Under the pieces are notes generated by a model that saw nothing but the letters and a program-made list of their open reading frames with translations, had not been told where the DNA came from and searched no databases. A program made the translations under genes and the position numbers. Positions 26,934-34,933 of a stretch of 45,103 nt of DNA are shown in pieces. Location of the stretch: the IMG/VR virus record IMGVR_UViG_3300031716_000018. One strand, given 5' to 3'. Position 1 is the first letter of the stretch, and every line of letters starts with the position of its first letter. Origin of the DNA: a virus.

Positions 26934-27746
26934 TTACGACAGTGAGCCACTCGCAGGCATTGTTGGCTTCAACGCTCTCATCTCACTAATAAGATGAGGC
27001 CAGAACTCTGACTGTTTCTCATTGGCCTTTAACGTCTTGAAAGTGGTACGAGCCATATAGACGCCATCAGACTTAGTTTTGACAACAAAGTCCGGCTCCT
27101 GGCCTGCTGTGGCAGGTGCTATTGCACAGTGCCATATCTCATTGAAATAACCAGGAACGGTTTCTGTGAGCTTTCCAGTGATGGCAAATGCCTTGAAAAC
27201 CCTCCCTGAATATTCATCCTTATCATTCGCCTCATGGAAGTTGCATATGACGTTGATCTTCTTCGAGCACAACTTCTGCAAGATGTCCTTGACCATCGAC
27301 TGTTGGCTAAGATAATCCTGAAGTTGAGGGTTCGATGTTGAGGGGCGATTGCCACCCACTACTAAGACACGATTCATAAGGCCCATCATCATGAAGGTCA
27401 TTGAGTCGATTACAACTGTTTTGTAGTTCTTATGAATGTCAATCATCTTAGCCTCGAAAGCTGTCCATCCACTTCCCTGAAGGTTCGTATCAGTATAAAC
27501 ATCTGAGTGGATATATTGCCAATACTCACGAGGCACCTTAGCTCTTAAGCTGACAATTCGTCTGTCCCAATCAGCAAAATAGATTGGCCGGAACTCCTCG
27601 TATTGCGCCATCAGTCCAGCCAACGTAGTTTTGCCGGCACCGCTCACTCCCCAGACAGCAGCCCTGATAGGATCCTGCTGAACTGTTTCCTCCAAAGTGG
27701 GCATATCAGTAAACAACTCCTTCCTATCTAAGCGTTTGAGCATCAT
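26934..27746 (-). CDS. Sak4-like (AAA_24) RecA-fold ATPase (270 aa)
   Basis: Walker A GVSGAGKTT, Walker B VVIDSMT. Size and neighbourhood are typical of phage Sak4-type recombination ATPases. Confidence 0.65.
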   Translation of the reverse strand: MMLKRLDRKELFTDMPTLEETVQQDPIRAAVWGVSGAGKTTLAGLMAQYEEFRPIYFADWDRRIVSLRAKVPREYWQYIHSDVYTDTNLQGSGWTAFEAKMIDIHKNYKTVVIDSMTFMMMGLMNRVLVVGGNRPSTSNPQLQDYLSQQSMVKDILQKLCSKKINVICNFHEANDKDEYSGRVFKAFAITGKLTETVPGYFNEIWHCAIAPATAGQEPDFVVKTKSDGVYMARTTFKTLKANEKQSEFWPHLISEMRALKPTMPASGSLS

Positions 27747-27747
27747 G

Positions 27748-28047
27748 TCATACCAGTGAATTCCCGACCCACTTCTTCAGTGGTTCTTGTTGCCCCTCAA
27801 CCTGCGGCTCTTCCAAAGGGACATTCAACATCTTAACTTCCATATCTGGCACATTCAAAGAGCCACGTTGGACGGCTCCCCAAAACTTAGTCCATGACTG
27901 CTTGGTTGGGAAGTTGATCTGGCCAATGTCCAAGGGCTCACCCTCAATGACGCCAACAATCTGGCACTCAACCCTACCTTGCTGTTCCTTTGGGTTGGCT
28001 GAGGGGATCGGGATCACCTTCCTGTTGAACACTAAGATCATGCTCAT
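27748..28047 (-). CDS. hypothetical protein (99 aa)
   Basis: The track ORF begins at a GTG (28056). I chose the ATG at 28047, 9 nt after AAGGAGGTG. Confidence 0.5.
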   Translation of the reverse strand: MSMILVFNRKVIPIPSANPKEQQGRVECQIVGVIEGEPLDIGQINFPTKQSWTKFWGAVQRGSLNVPDMEVKMLNVPLEEPQVEGQQEPLKKWVGNSLV

Positions 28048-28207
28048 GCAAATCACCTCCTTTCATTTTTAACTTTCTTAGTTCTCTTAATAATAGGGCT
28101 AAAAGCTCAACTGTTGCTATGCCAATCTCTTCCTGTCTTTCCTGGGTGTCCTCACAGTCGGGAAAGTTGTTAAACATTCGGTCAACAATTTCTTCTATGT
28201 CATCCAT
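27974..28207 (-). CDS. hypothetical acidic protein (77 aa)
   Basis: Internal ATG (MDDIEEIV) of track ORF 27974..28246, placed just after the exonuclease stop. Overlaps the next gene by 74 nt. Confidence 0.4.
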   Translation of the reverse strand: MDDIEEIVDRMFNNFPDCEDTQERQEEIGIATVELLALLLRELRKLKMKGGDLHEHDLSVQQEGDPDPLSQPKGTAR

Positions 28208-28208
28208 C

Positions 28209-29243
28209 CTAAATCTCCAATGCTGACATCTTCTGCAATCTTTCATCTTCTAAGGGAGTCCAGAAAGCTTGTTCATAATCCAACTCAATAAGTCGATGCC
28301 TGAAGCCGAGCGGAGCAGCACAGAGAGCACGATAAGAACAGCCACCAAAAGCACCACAGTTCTGACCGAAGTCCATTGTCCATTCTCCATCAGCTCTCCT
28401 CTCCTCAATCCTCTGGGCGGTCAGCAGGGTGTGACGGTGCCACTCACGTAGTTGTTCGTCCTGCCAATAGATCTCCTTCGACTTAAAATAGTCGTCAATC
28501 TTCTTAGCTTTGTCGGTCTTAGGTTCCTTCTGAACCCAGATCCCATGAACAAGGGCGTATTGGGTATCTACCCCCAACAACTCCTTTGCTGCGACTGTAT
28601 ATCCAATAAGTCCTTGATCCATCCTGAAGCCTTCTAGCCAGTTCTCGTTAAGAGTCCAGCCAGTTGTTTTAAGATCATTAACATAAACTCGAGCTCGATG
28701 CTCAAGGACTGCGTCAATGATCCCGACGTAGATAACGTCCTTAGTACCGCCTGGGACGTCGCCTGAGATCTGGCCAATATATAGAGCGAAAGGGATTTCG
28801 ATGTAGTGGAAGGTATATCCGAAGGGCTCGTAGTGCTTGCAATATCCGTCGTAGATTCGGAGGGCGTTGGGCAATGACCTCTTATCATCGACCATGACCT
28901 CCTGTAGATTCTCACTTGGCATGTTTCGATTGTATGCCTCAATGAGGGCAGCCTTTCCTGTGCTAAGGGCAGACGTAAACGACTCACCAGCCATCTTAGA
29001 TCGTCGGAAAAACTCAATGCCCGTATGCATAGAAATACCGAATCCAGGAGCAGCCATCTTTCCTCTTCCGATAACATGTAACTCCTCAAACCAATTGAAC
29101 TTCTGCTCACATGCCCTGAAGGTCTTTATAAGGTGAGCATCCAAGATCATGGCTTTCTTGAGATCTATTTCATCAGTGAGGTTCTTCACAACTGATGGCT
29201 TGCCAATAGAGACATCTGATTTGATGGGCGGTGCTTGAGTCAT
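28209..29243 (-). CDS. PD-(D/E)xK exonuclease, Cas4/RecB-like with Fe-S cysteines (344 aa)
   Basis: IIDAV...VYVNDLKTTG (D...D/ExK). One N-terminal Cys (FRACEQ) plus a C-terminal CGAFGGCSYRALC cluster, as in Cas4/AddB-type nucleases. Confidence 0.75.
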   Translation of the reverse strand: MTQAPPIKSDVSIGKPSVVKNLTDEIDLKKAMILDAHLIKTFRACEQKFNWFEELHVIGRGKMAAPGFGISMHTGIEFFRRSKMAGESFTSALSTGKAALIEAYNRNMPSENLQEVMVDDKRSLPNALRIYDGYCKHYEPFGYTFHYIEIPFALYIGQISGDVPGGTKDVIYVGIIDAVLEHRARVYVNDLKTTGWTLNENWLEGFRMDQGLIGYTVAAKELLGVDTQYALVHGIWVQKEPKTDKAKKIDDYFKSKEIYWQDEQLREWHRHTLLTAQRIEERRADGEWTMDFGQNCGAFGGCSYRALCAAPLGFRHRLIELDYEQAFWTPLEDERLQKMSALEI

Positions 29244-29437
29244 GTATTTCTCGTCTTGAATATTTCGCTGAGTTTGTTCATTTGTTTAGGAGTAAGCTGG
29301 AGGTCGTGGTTGGCCTCCAGCCTAATCCCAATATCAGTGACAAATGTCTCCTCCCATTCGGTCATCCGGTTAGTTAGCGGATGGTCGATTTCAGAGAGGA
29401 GGCACTTCAGTATGAAGCGCGCTCTCTCCTGATCCAT
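29240..29437 (-). CDS. hypothetical protein (65 aa)
   Basis: ATGA-type coupling at both ends. Confidence 0.5.
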   Translation of the reverse strand: MDQERARFILKCLLSEIDHPLTNRMTEWEETFVTDIGIRLEANHDLQLTPKQMNKLSEIFKTRNT

Positions 29438-29438
29438 A

Positions 29439-29774
29439 TCATGGTGTATAGACGATTACTACACCATCTGGCGTTGCCAATAGACACGCTGGCTGTGACC
29501 ACGGGCTTTGGCCTGATGTATTGAAGGCATTGACTCTGTAGCAATAGATAACGTCTGGCGTTACTGTTTTATCCACGAAGGTGGCTATGTTGGCCGCTGA
29601 TTGCCCTATGTTGGCATAGGAGGTATCAGGGTCAGTAAATAGCTTTCTCTGGATGTTGAAGCCTGTCTCATTTGCTGAGTTATCCCTCCAGGTTATTGTA
29701 ACCTGAGCTGCTTCAAGCTGAGTCGCTGACAGCAGGACGGCAAGGGCAAAGGCACGTAAGGATCTCTTTATCAT
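29439..29774 (-). CDS. exported fibronectin type III domain protein (111 aa)
   Basis: I chose the internal ATG (MIKRSLRAFALAVLLSATQLEA/AQ), which gives a Sec-type signal peptide with an AxA-like site. An FN3 pattern follows: ITWRDNSANETGFNIQR...YCYRVNAFN. Confidence 0.6.
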   Translation of the reverse strand: MIKRSLRAFALAVLLSATQLEAAQVTITWRDNSANETGFNIQRKLFTDPDTSYANIGQSAANIATFVDKTVTPDVIYCYRVNAFNTSGQSPWSQPACLLATPDGVVIVYTP

Positions 29775-30121
29775 ATCAATCCAGCTCCTTGAAGTTCTAA
29801 GATGAGTTGCCAATCAGGTTTGCCAGTTGCTCTGAGTTTCTGGCATATCTCAGTGGCTAGCCCAAATCCCTCCAATGTCTGAGGAGGTGGTTTATTATCC
29901 TTCACACGTGACTTAGTCCTTGGCCGTCCTGGCTTTTTAGGGAGCTTGAATCCTTCATCATCCTGTTCCTCGAGAACTTTCTTTGTCCGTCCTAACGCGC
30001 GCTCAATAGTTCGACGTTGCTGATCTGCGGCTACTAGAGCCTGGAGCTCGGTATCATCCATCTCACATGCCATCTTCTTACCTAACTTGTGTAAGAGGGA
30101 TGAGCCCTGAGGACCAATCAT
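29771..30121 (-). CDS. AT-hook containing protein (116 aa)
   Basis: KKPGRPRTK matches the GRP-core AT-hook. Start is coupled (ATGA) to the RHH gene. Confidence 0.5.
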   Translation of the reverse strand: MIGPQGSSLLHKLGKKMACEMDDTELQALVAADQQRRTIERALGRTKKVLEEQDDEGFKLPKKPGRPRTKSRVKDNKPPPQTLEGFGLATEICQKLRATGKPDWQLILELQGAGLI

Positions 30122-30303
30122 CAGCCTAAATCCTCCTCTGTTGATGGAGGGAGGTCAGTTATTGAAATTAGATATTTAATGATTAAGCGGCGAACGAGCT
30201 TGCTTAAATCTCCGTGATCTGGGCACTCTCGCTTGAGACGGTTATAGACAGCATCGGGAAGGACAATGCGAACGCTCCTCTGTCCATTCTTAAGTTGACT
30301 CAT
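30121..30303 (-). CDS. ribbon-helix-helix (CopG/Arc-like) DNA-binding protein (60 aa)
   Basis: RSVRIVLPDAVYNRLKRECPDHGDLSKLVRRLIIKYL fits a strand-helix-helix layout. I chose the ATG at 30303; the track starts at a GTG (30306). Confidence 0.5.
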   Translation of the reverse strand: MSQLKNGQRSVRIVLPDAVYNRLKRECPDHGDLSKLVRRLIIKYLISITDLPPSTEEDLG

Positions 30304-30334
30304 CACATCTCACATCACTCACAGGGGAAAGATA

Positions 30335-30373
30335 GAAGGGCTGAGGTTTCCACTCCACCACCCCCAGCCCTTC
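30335..30373 (-). terminator. Hairpin (9-bp stem gaagggctg/cagcccttc, 21-nt loop) between two leftward genes, terminator or attenuator candidate
   Basis: Read directly. On the minus-strand RNA it is followed by a partly U-rich uaucuuucccc. Confidence 0.3.
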
Positions 30374-30395
30374 CAGGTAGCATGAGCTACCACAT

Positions 30396-30743
30396 TTACG
30401 CTGCGTTGCCTTCGGCTCGGATGATACCCGCAGCACGTAGGAGTTCTTCCTGTTTCTCAGCACTGAGCTGTTTGAACTTAGAAAGATTGCTCGTACTTTT
30501 CGGCTTATCAGGGCGGTTCGCGTCCCGATATTCACGCTGGAGATCAATGACATACGCCTTGGTTGCGTAGTCAAGTAAGGTTTCGATCCCTTTTGACTGA
30601 TCGACCTCACCGTTGTCCCCCTTGCCAAATAGTGCGATAGCCTCCTCGACGGTCTCAGGAACATCAACCTGAATATCGTTCAACTTGACATTCTGGTTTT
30701 TGTCCTTATCCCGATAGCTAACTGGCACGGTCTCGGTTTTCAT
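30396..30743 (-). CDS. hypothetical protein, paralogue of 38227..38628 (115 aa)
   Basis: AAGGAGGTG RBS. Shares VD(V/F)P..(V/C)EEA..L(F/W)G...Y(V)I(D/E)(L/V)QR..R...ELL.AA.I with the other copy. Confidence 0.6.
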   Translation of the reverse strand: MKTETVPVSYRDKDKNQNVKLNDIQVDVPETVEEAIALFGKGDNGEVDQSKGIETLLDYATKAYVIDLQREYRDANRPDKPKSTSNLSKFKQLSAEKQEELLRAAGIIRAEGNAA

Positions 30744-30952
30744 TTTTTCACCTCCTTTCTTGAATTATACTCTTGAAAGACATTCGCTAAAATGTTGTCG
30801 ATCGTAGTCTGTCCCATACCTCCACAATGACAAGGCAGCCATGTCCCAGGGATCATACCATGAGGGACACGATGATGACATGCAGGGCATATAGGGACAT
30901 CAGATCGGCCGCACATTTCACAACTCCCATATTCAATAGGTCCGTCGGCCAT
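30740..30952 (-). CDS. small Cys-rich zinc-binding protein (70 aa)
   Basis: I chose the ATG at 30952 (MADGPIEYGSCEMCG...CPACH...CHCGG) with GGAG 6 nt upstream. The track start (30985) falls inside the -10 of the predicted promoter. Confidence 0.5.
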   Translation of the reverse strand: MADGPIEYGSCEMCGRSDVPICPACHHRVPHGMIPGTWLPCHCGGMGQTTIDNILANVFQEYNSRKEVKK

Positions 30953-30980
30953 TTCAACTCCGTTTCGATCATTTGTGAGC

Positions 30981-31009
30981 AACATATCAGAATCTCACAA
31001 TCATGTCAA
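30981..31009 (-). promoter_or_regulatory. sigma70-like promoter, TTGACA-17-TATGTT with TGa extended -10
   Basis: The minus strand reads TTGACAtgattgtgagattcTGaTATGTT. The same TTGACA-N14-TGA-TAnnnn layout recurs at 38125-38153, 37369-37397 and 39194-39222. Confidence 0.45.
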
Positions 31010-31030
31010 CATGAAAAGCGCTCACAATTC

Positions 31031-31071
31031 GGTGGATAACACTGTTGATAACCTGTGGATTGTGTGGATAA
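31031..31071 (-). promoter_or_regulatory. Cluster of four same-orientation DnaA-box-like 9-mers
   Basis: On the minus strand: TTATCCACA (31063-31071, perfect), CAATCCACA (31054-31062), TTATCAACA (31043-31051), TTATCCACC (31031-31039). Intergenic, just upstream of the 30981-31009 promoter. Confidence 0.5.
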
Positions 31072-31082
31072 CTTTATGTAAC

Positions 31083-31313
31083 TTATGCAACCTCACGATC
31101 TTCTGCTACGTTTAGTGTGACGCCAGTCAGACCTAATTCATCAAAGTGGAAGTCACAATAGATAACATGGCATCTTCTGGAGATCGTTGGCGTCTCTGGA
31201 TGAATCAAGATACGATCACCAGCCCTTGGTATGGGAGGTATATAGTTCTGATTATTGAAACTAACGGAGTAATACTCACGATAAGTTTTGTGATCTCTTA
31301 TTGAGACGAACAT
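31083..31313 (-). CDS. hypothetical protein (76 aa)
   Basis: AAGGAG upstream, clean ORF. Confidence 0.5.
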   Translation of the reverse strand: MFVSIRDHKTYREYYSVSFNNQNYIPPIPRAGDRILIHPETPTISRRCHVIYCDFHFDELGLTGVTLNVAEDREVA

Positions 31314-31506
31314 CTAAAACTTCTCCTTCTGACACCCAAATAGTGCCGTCAGCATTTCGCCTAATACAACATGAGATGATGTGATGACTGAGAGTTGAGG
31401 TGATCATCAGCTGAGCATCGGCCAGAGTATTGGCTTTGATAGGAACGAACCTCTCGTCAGCATCACCTGCCCCCCTGATGAATAGATCAAAATGATAAGT
31501 TGTCAT
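31276..31506 (-). CDS. hypothetical protein (76 aa)
   Basis: Internal ATG (MTTYHFD) of the track ORF, preceded by AAAGGAGGAG. Confidence 0.5.
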   Translation of the reverse strand: MTTYHFDLFIRGAGDADERFVPIKANTLADAQLMITSTLSHHIISCCIRRNADGTIWVSEGEVLDVRLNKRSQNLS

Positions 31507-31529
31507 CCCATCTCCTCCTTTGGTGGGGT

Positions 31530-31544
31530 GTCCGGTTATCGGAC
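31530..31544. repeat. Dispersed palindrome copy 5: GTCCGG-tta-TCGGAC (one arm mismatch)
   Basis: Read directly. Intergenic, 24 nt upstream of the 31506 start. The 17-mer tgtccggttatcggaca is the exact reverse complement of copy 6. Confidence 0.85.
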
Positions 31545-31553
31545 AACGCACGA

Positions 31554-31841
31554 CTAACTGTTGGTTTTAGCTTTCATCTTCTCAAGGACTTTGTTAATAC
31601 TTTGACGCTGTCCCAACTTAATGAAAGCCTGCTCCGTCTCACAGACCTCATTGACAAAATCAATTCTAAGGACGCCTGATATATGGCTGAACTCACCTTC
31701 CTGAAATCCTAGCTCTTGCAAACCATAGAAATCACCACACAACTCATCCCCCATCTCGAAGAGTAGGTTTGATGAGAACCACCATCTCTCTATCCTTCCC
31801 TCTAACTTCACATTAGCCACGTCCAACCCTCCATCCCACAT
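31554..31841 (-). CDS. hypothetical protein (95 aa), start uncertain
   Basis: The track ORF starts at a TTG (31868). The first ATG (31841) has no SD. Overlaps the 3' end of 31813..32022. Confidence 0.35.
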   Translation of the reverse strand: MWDGGLDVANVKLEGRIERWWFSSNLLFEMGDELCGDFYGLQELGFQEGEFSHISGVLRIDFVNEVCETEQAFIKLGQRQSINKVLEKMKAKTNS

Positions 31842-32022
31842 CAGTCCAGCAACCAATATAGACCTCAATCAAGCCCTGGTTATGGATGAGGAGCATGCGG
31901 CCACTATGTACGACAAACTGACCACAATACTCCTCATCAATCCAAAGCTCACCTGAAATATCAGTTGGATGGATAATGGTCCTACGACCAGTCCTGTCCA
32001 TGATATCTAAGATGGCTGTCAT
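31813..32022 (-). CDS. hypothetical protein (69 aa)
   Basis: AAGGAG RBS. Confidence 0.45.
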   Translation of the reverse strand: MTAILDIMDRTGRRTIIHPTDISGELWIDEEYCGQFVVHSGRMLLIHNQGLIEVYIGCWTDVGWRVGRG

Positions 32023-32026
32023 TTAT

Positions 32027-32224
32027 TTAGCTCCTTTCATTCTTGAGCTGAACAACCTTCAGATCCTCAAGCCACTTCTCATAGTGGGCCAAACACACGG
32101 CGCGCCTTTGATCCTTAAATTGGATCACCTTGACAGCCATACCCCAGCAGCGTTCACCTGTGTCAGGGAACTTCTCCTGACATCTGTTGTCAAAGTCTTC
32201 TATGGAAATTGTAGTTTGAGCCAT
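32027..32224 (-). CDS. hypothetical protein (65 aa)
   Basis: AAAGGAA upstream, clean ORF. Confidence 0.5.
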   Translation of the reverse strand: MAQTTISIEDFDNRCQEKFPDTGERCWGMAVKVIQFKDQRRAVCLAHYEKWLEDLKVVQLKNERS

Positions 32225-32245
32225 ATATTCCTTTCTGGTTAGATG

Positions 32246-32713
32246 TTAGTGTTCGGTCTCATCCGGCTTACGTCGCCGTATAACCTCCTTTATTGCCCGC
32301 CACTGATCTTCTGTTAGTGGAACAAGCTTGCCCTCCACCTCATCCGCACCAACCATTCCCTTCATGCGCTCTATCTCTCTGGAGATTTTCTCAGCAGCCT
32401 TCTTTGCCTCAGGTCCAAGCATCTCCTTGACAACATCTGAATTAAGGAGGAACTTTATAAGGAGACCTTCCATCTTATCGACGTGTTCATGGAGCGCCTT
32501 CGTCCTCTCCAACCAGTCATTCCACATCATAAAGAACCTGGCTTGTGCCCCTAAGATATCCATGAGCACCCTGGCTGAATCAATGTGATTCTTGCACAGT
32601 TCACATGGCCCATACTTGTGCTCACCAGTATGGCCAGCTTCCAGTTCACAATAATGGCTCATGTGCTTACCCTCCGATGGGAGAGTAGAGACAGGGCATT
32701 TCTTATCTGACAC
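32246..32713 (-). CDS. hypothetical Cys/His-containing protein (155 aa)
   Basis: I chose the GTG at 32713, which follows GGGAGGTG. The track ORF extends to 32755. N-terminal C..C/H-rich segment, then helical. Confidence 0.45.
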   Translation of the reverse strand: MSDKKCPVSTLPSEGKHMSHYCELEAGHTGEHKYGPCELCKNHIDSARVLMDILGAQARFFMMWNDWLERTKALHEHVDKMEGLLIKFLLNSDVVKEMLGPEAKKAAEKISREIERMKGMVGADEVEGKLVPLTEDQWRAIKEVIRRRKPDETEH

Positions 32714-32715
32714 GA

Positions 32716-32868
32716 TCACCTCCCATATGTTACTATGAAGCCAAGCAGGGCCCAAAGTCCACTAATGATAGCCCACATGGCCACTAGCCATTGTTGCAGA
32801 AATAAGTTGCAGATGGCGGCCGTGAAGCAGACACCTACACCTACAAGACAGATCTTCCAAGTTTCCAT
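32716..32868 (-). CDS. small two-TM membrane protein (50 aa)
   Basis: Internal ATG (METWKICLVGVGVCFTAAICNLF...WAIISGLWALLGFIV) of track ORF 32716..32934. Confidence 0.45.
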   Translation of the reverse strand: METWKICLVGVGVCFTAAICNLFLQQWLVAMWAIISGLWALLGFIVTYGR

Positions 32869-32870
32869 CG

Positions 32871-33203
32871 CTAGCTCTTCTCCGTTGTTCCCTTCTCGAC
32901 CAACCTCAGATGGCCATGACGAGGACCAACCCACCGTGTTAGCTTACGAGCCTCAGCCTTCAAAGTCTTCCTGAGGGCTTTGATAGGGATGGCGGTATCC
33001 CTCCATGAATATCCCTTTGGGCGGATATATCTCCTCCACACAATCTTCATATTGCCATCCATCACTTCCTCTCGACGCATACTACAATTATCGCAGATCA
33101 ATGTACGTCGAGAGCCGTACCACCTATAATAGTCCCATTCATGGCCTAAGTCACGACAGGCAGCGAACTTGGGGTTATAGACCTCTGACGGTAACTTAGA
33201 CAT
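32871..33203 (-). CDS. hypothetical basic protein with a CxxC pair (110 aa)
   Basis: Clean ORF containing CRDLGHEW...CDNC. Confidence 0.5.
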   Translation of the reverse strand: MSKLPSEVYNPKFAACRDLGHEWDYYRWYGSRRTLICDNCSMRREEVMDGNMKIVWRRYIRPKGYSWRDTAIPIKALRKTLKAEARKLTRWVGPRHGHLRLVEKGTTEKS

Positions 33204-33645
33204 TAGGCTTCACCCCCTTGACGGTATATTGAGAGCCACGCGTTGTCAGGACAACCTCGTGGGCTAGATATAACCTCCTATCAATTTGAATGAGGACCTC
33301 AGTTTCACCATAAGGTGTGATCCTAACCATTGGCCCAACTCGTTGTGCCTTCTCATTCCCATCAGCCATCACCTTGTTCTTGGCAGACAAACCACCATGA
33401 TGACGAGGGCCATGCCTTTTCTCAGCGACAATGTTCGCGTAAAGGGTGACAGGATCAACCTTGGGATCGACCAGCTTATAACCACCATTCTCATCGTTGT
33501 TCTTAGTTATGATATTATAAGCCAGCATCCTTTTCATGCCGCCCTGATAAACACCAAGTTCGGACGATGAGAAGTATCCTTGCTTCTTGTTGAGACGGCG
33601 GGCCCTCAGTAAAGCCCGTCGCATAATACCTTTATCTATAGCCAT
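33196..33645 (-). CDS. hypothetical basic protein (149 aa)
   Basis: AGGAGG RBS. Confidence 0.55.
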   Translation of the reverse strand: MAIDKGIMRRALLRARRLNKKQGYFSSSELGVYQGGMKRMLAYNIITKNNDENGGYKLVDPKVDPVTLYANIVAEKRHGPRHHGGLSAKNKVMADGNEKAQRVGPMVRITPYGETEVLIQIDRRLYLAHEVVLTTRGSQYTVKGVKPNV

Positions 33646-33664
33646 CTATCCTCCTAGTTGTCAA

Positions 33665-33844
33665 TTAGCAGACACAATGATCAGATAGCTCTTGGAACCA
33701 GACGCCGATTCCCTTGCCATCCACGAATACCTGGAGATTACATATCTTTTGATCTCCAACTCGTAGCACAACAACCTCCTTTCCAGGATAAGCTTTCTTG
33801 ATATCCTCCAATGTGCAGAAGTTGCATTTGGTGCGTGAGCTCAT
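33665..33844 (-). CDS. hypothetical small Cys-containing protein (59 aa)
   Basis: I chose the ATG at 33844 (ATGA overlap with the upstream stop, GGAGAG upstream). The track starts at a GTG (33856). Confidence 0.45.
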   Translation of the reverse strand: MSSRTKCNFCTLEDIKKAYPGKEVVVLRVGDQKICNLQVFVDGKGIGVWFQELSDHCVC

Positions 33845-34089
33845 AAATCTCTCCACTTATATGAGACTTCCTCCACTGTCACCTCAGGCAGCGTCTTTAG
33901 GAAGTTGCCGGTCCTGGTATGAGTTCTTTTGATCTCTCTCAACATCTTATGGTGACATTCCTCATTAGAATCACCTACTACTAGGAACCTGACACCAAGG
34001 CCAGATAGATAACCTACCATTACCATACGGCCATTCCTATCTGTCTCAATGATCTCCTCCTTCAGACCCTTCCATTGCTTCTTGTTCAT
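33841..34089 (-). CDS. hypothetical protein (82 aa)
   Basis: ATGA coupling at both ends. Confidence 0.5.
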   Translation of the reverse strand: MNKKQWKGLKEEIIETDRNGRMVMVGYLSGLGVRFLVVGDSNEECHHKMLREIKRTHTRTGNFLKTLPEVTVEEVSYKWRDL

Positions 34090-34280
34090 ACATCATCCTT
34101 CTTCATTACCAAAGCCTGCATCTCGAGTTCTTCAGCAGCCTTAGCGAATGAGATTTCCTCTTGAAGCTTCACCTGCATCGCGCCACAGTCAACGCCAAAT
34201 TCAGCTGCGTGCTCACCATCACCATCTGCGACCTCCATGCAGGCCTCAAGATATCTAAGTTCGTTTGGTGTGAGGGCCAT
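34086..34280 (-). CDS. hypothetical acidic protein (64 aa)
   Basis: I chose the ATG at 34280 (MALTPNEL), which follows GAAAGGAAGGAG. The track start is 34295. Confidence 0.45.
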   Translation of the reverse strand: MALTPNELRYLEACMEVADGDGEHAAEFGVDCGAMQVKLQEEISFAKAAEELEMQALVMKKDDV

Positions 34281-34452
34281 ACTCCTTCCTTTCATTATCA
34301 GCCTTGACCGCTGACCATTCCATGAACTCCATTAAGGTGGTCTTAGATGGTAGCTTACCACTTTCGTCAATGAAAGCGGCGACCATCATATCTAGATGTC
34401 GATGAAGGTCAGACCATATAACTCGTTGGGAGTTATTCCTTTCGATAATCAT
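34255..34452 (-). CDS. hypothetical protein (65 aa)
   Basis: Purine-rich leader, clean ORF. Confidence 0.45.
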   Translation of the reverse strand: MIIERNNSQRVIWSDLHRHLDMMVAAFIDESGKLPSKTTLMEFMEWSAVKADNERKEYGPHTKRT

Positions 34453-34759
34453 AGATCTCTCTTTTCCCCTTTCTCCTTTTTAGGAATTCGATATAAAGTT
34501 GATAACAATGAGCGGTGATCATGGCTCTACTACGAGGCGGAATGATTGGATCCATCCTCGCATAGTGGGCGTTGACCGCTCTATCAACAACCCCTCTCAT
34601 ATTTTCCTCCTCAATCATCTTGGAACATGGAGAGCAAGCGAACCAATCTGCCGACTGATGAACATAGTCAAAGCCCTCATAGGTGACAACTTCCTTCACC
34701 CTATAACGATACTCAGCCGGCAGATCGGCACAAAAGTCACATGTCCTTGGCTCGCCCAT
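34433..34759 (-). CDS. zinc-ribbon-containing protein (108 aa)
   Basis: CDFC...CSPC cysteine pairs. Confidence 0.5.
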   Translation of the reverse strand: MGEPRTCDFCADLPAEYRYRVKEVVTYEGFDYVHQSADWFACSPCSKMIEEENMRGVVDRAVNAHYARMDPIIPPRSRAMITAHCYQLYIEFLKRRKGKREIYDYRKE

Positions 34760-34927
34760 TCATTCCTCCCAACACGAGGGACAAAGCCAGACCGTCTCAG
34801 GCTCATCATCACCTTCCTCATCAGCCAACGAAGCTATGCCCCAGCCTTCACCACGAGCCTCCTCATCATCCTCAACTATGATTGCATCACCACAACCATG
34901 ACAAGTAATCTCCATCTCAGCCTCCAT
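34760..34927 (-). CDS. small acidic zinc-ribbon protein (55 aa), below the track length cut-off
   Basis: My own translation: MEAEMEITCHGCGDAIIVEDDEEARGEGWGIASLADEEGDDEPETVWLCPSCWEE. Its stop abuts the 34759 start. Confidence 0.4.
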   Translation of the reverse strand: MEAEMEITCHGCGDAIIVEDDEEARGEGWGIASLADEEGDDEPETVWLCPSCWEE

Positions 34928-34933
34928 TTCATC

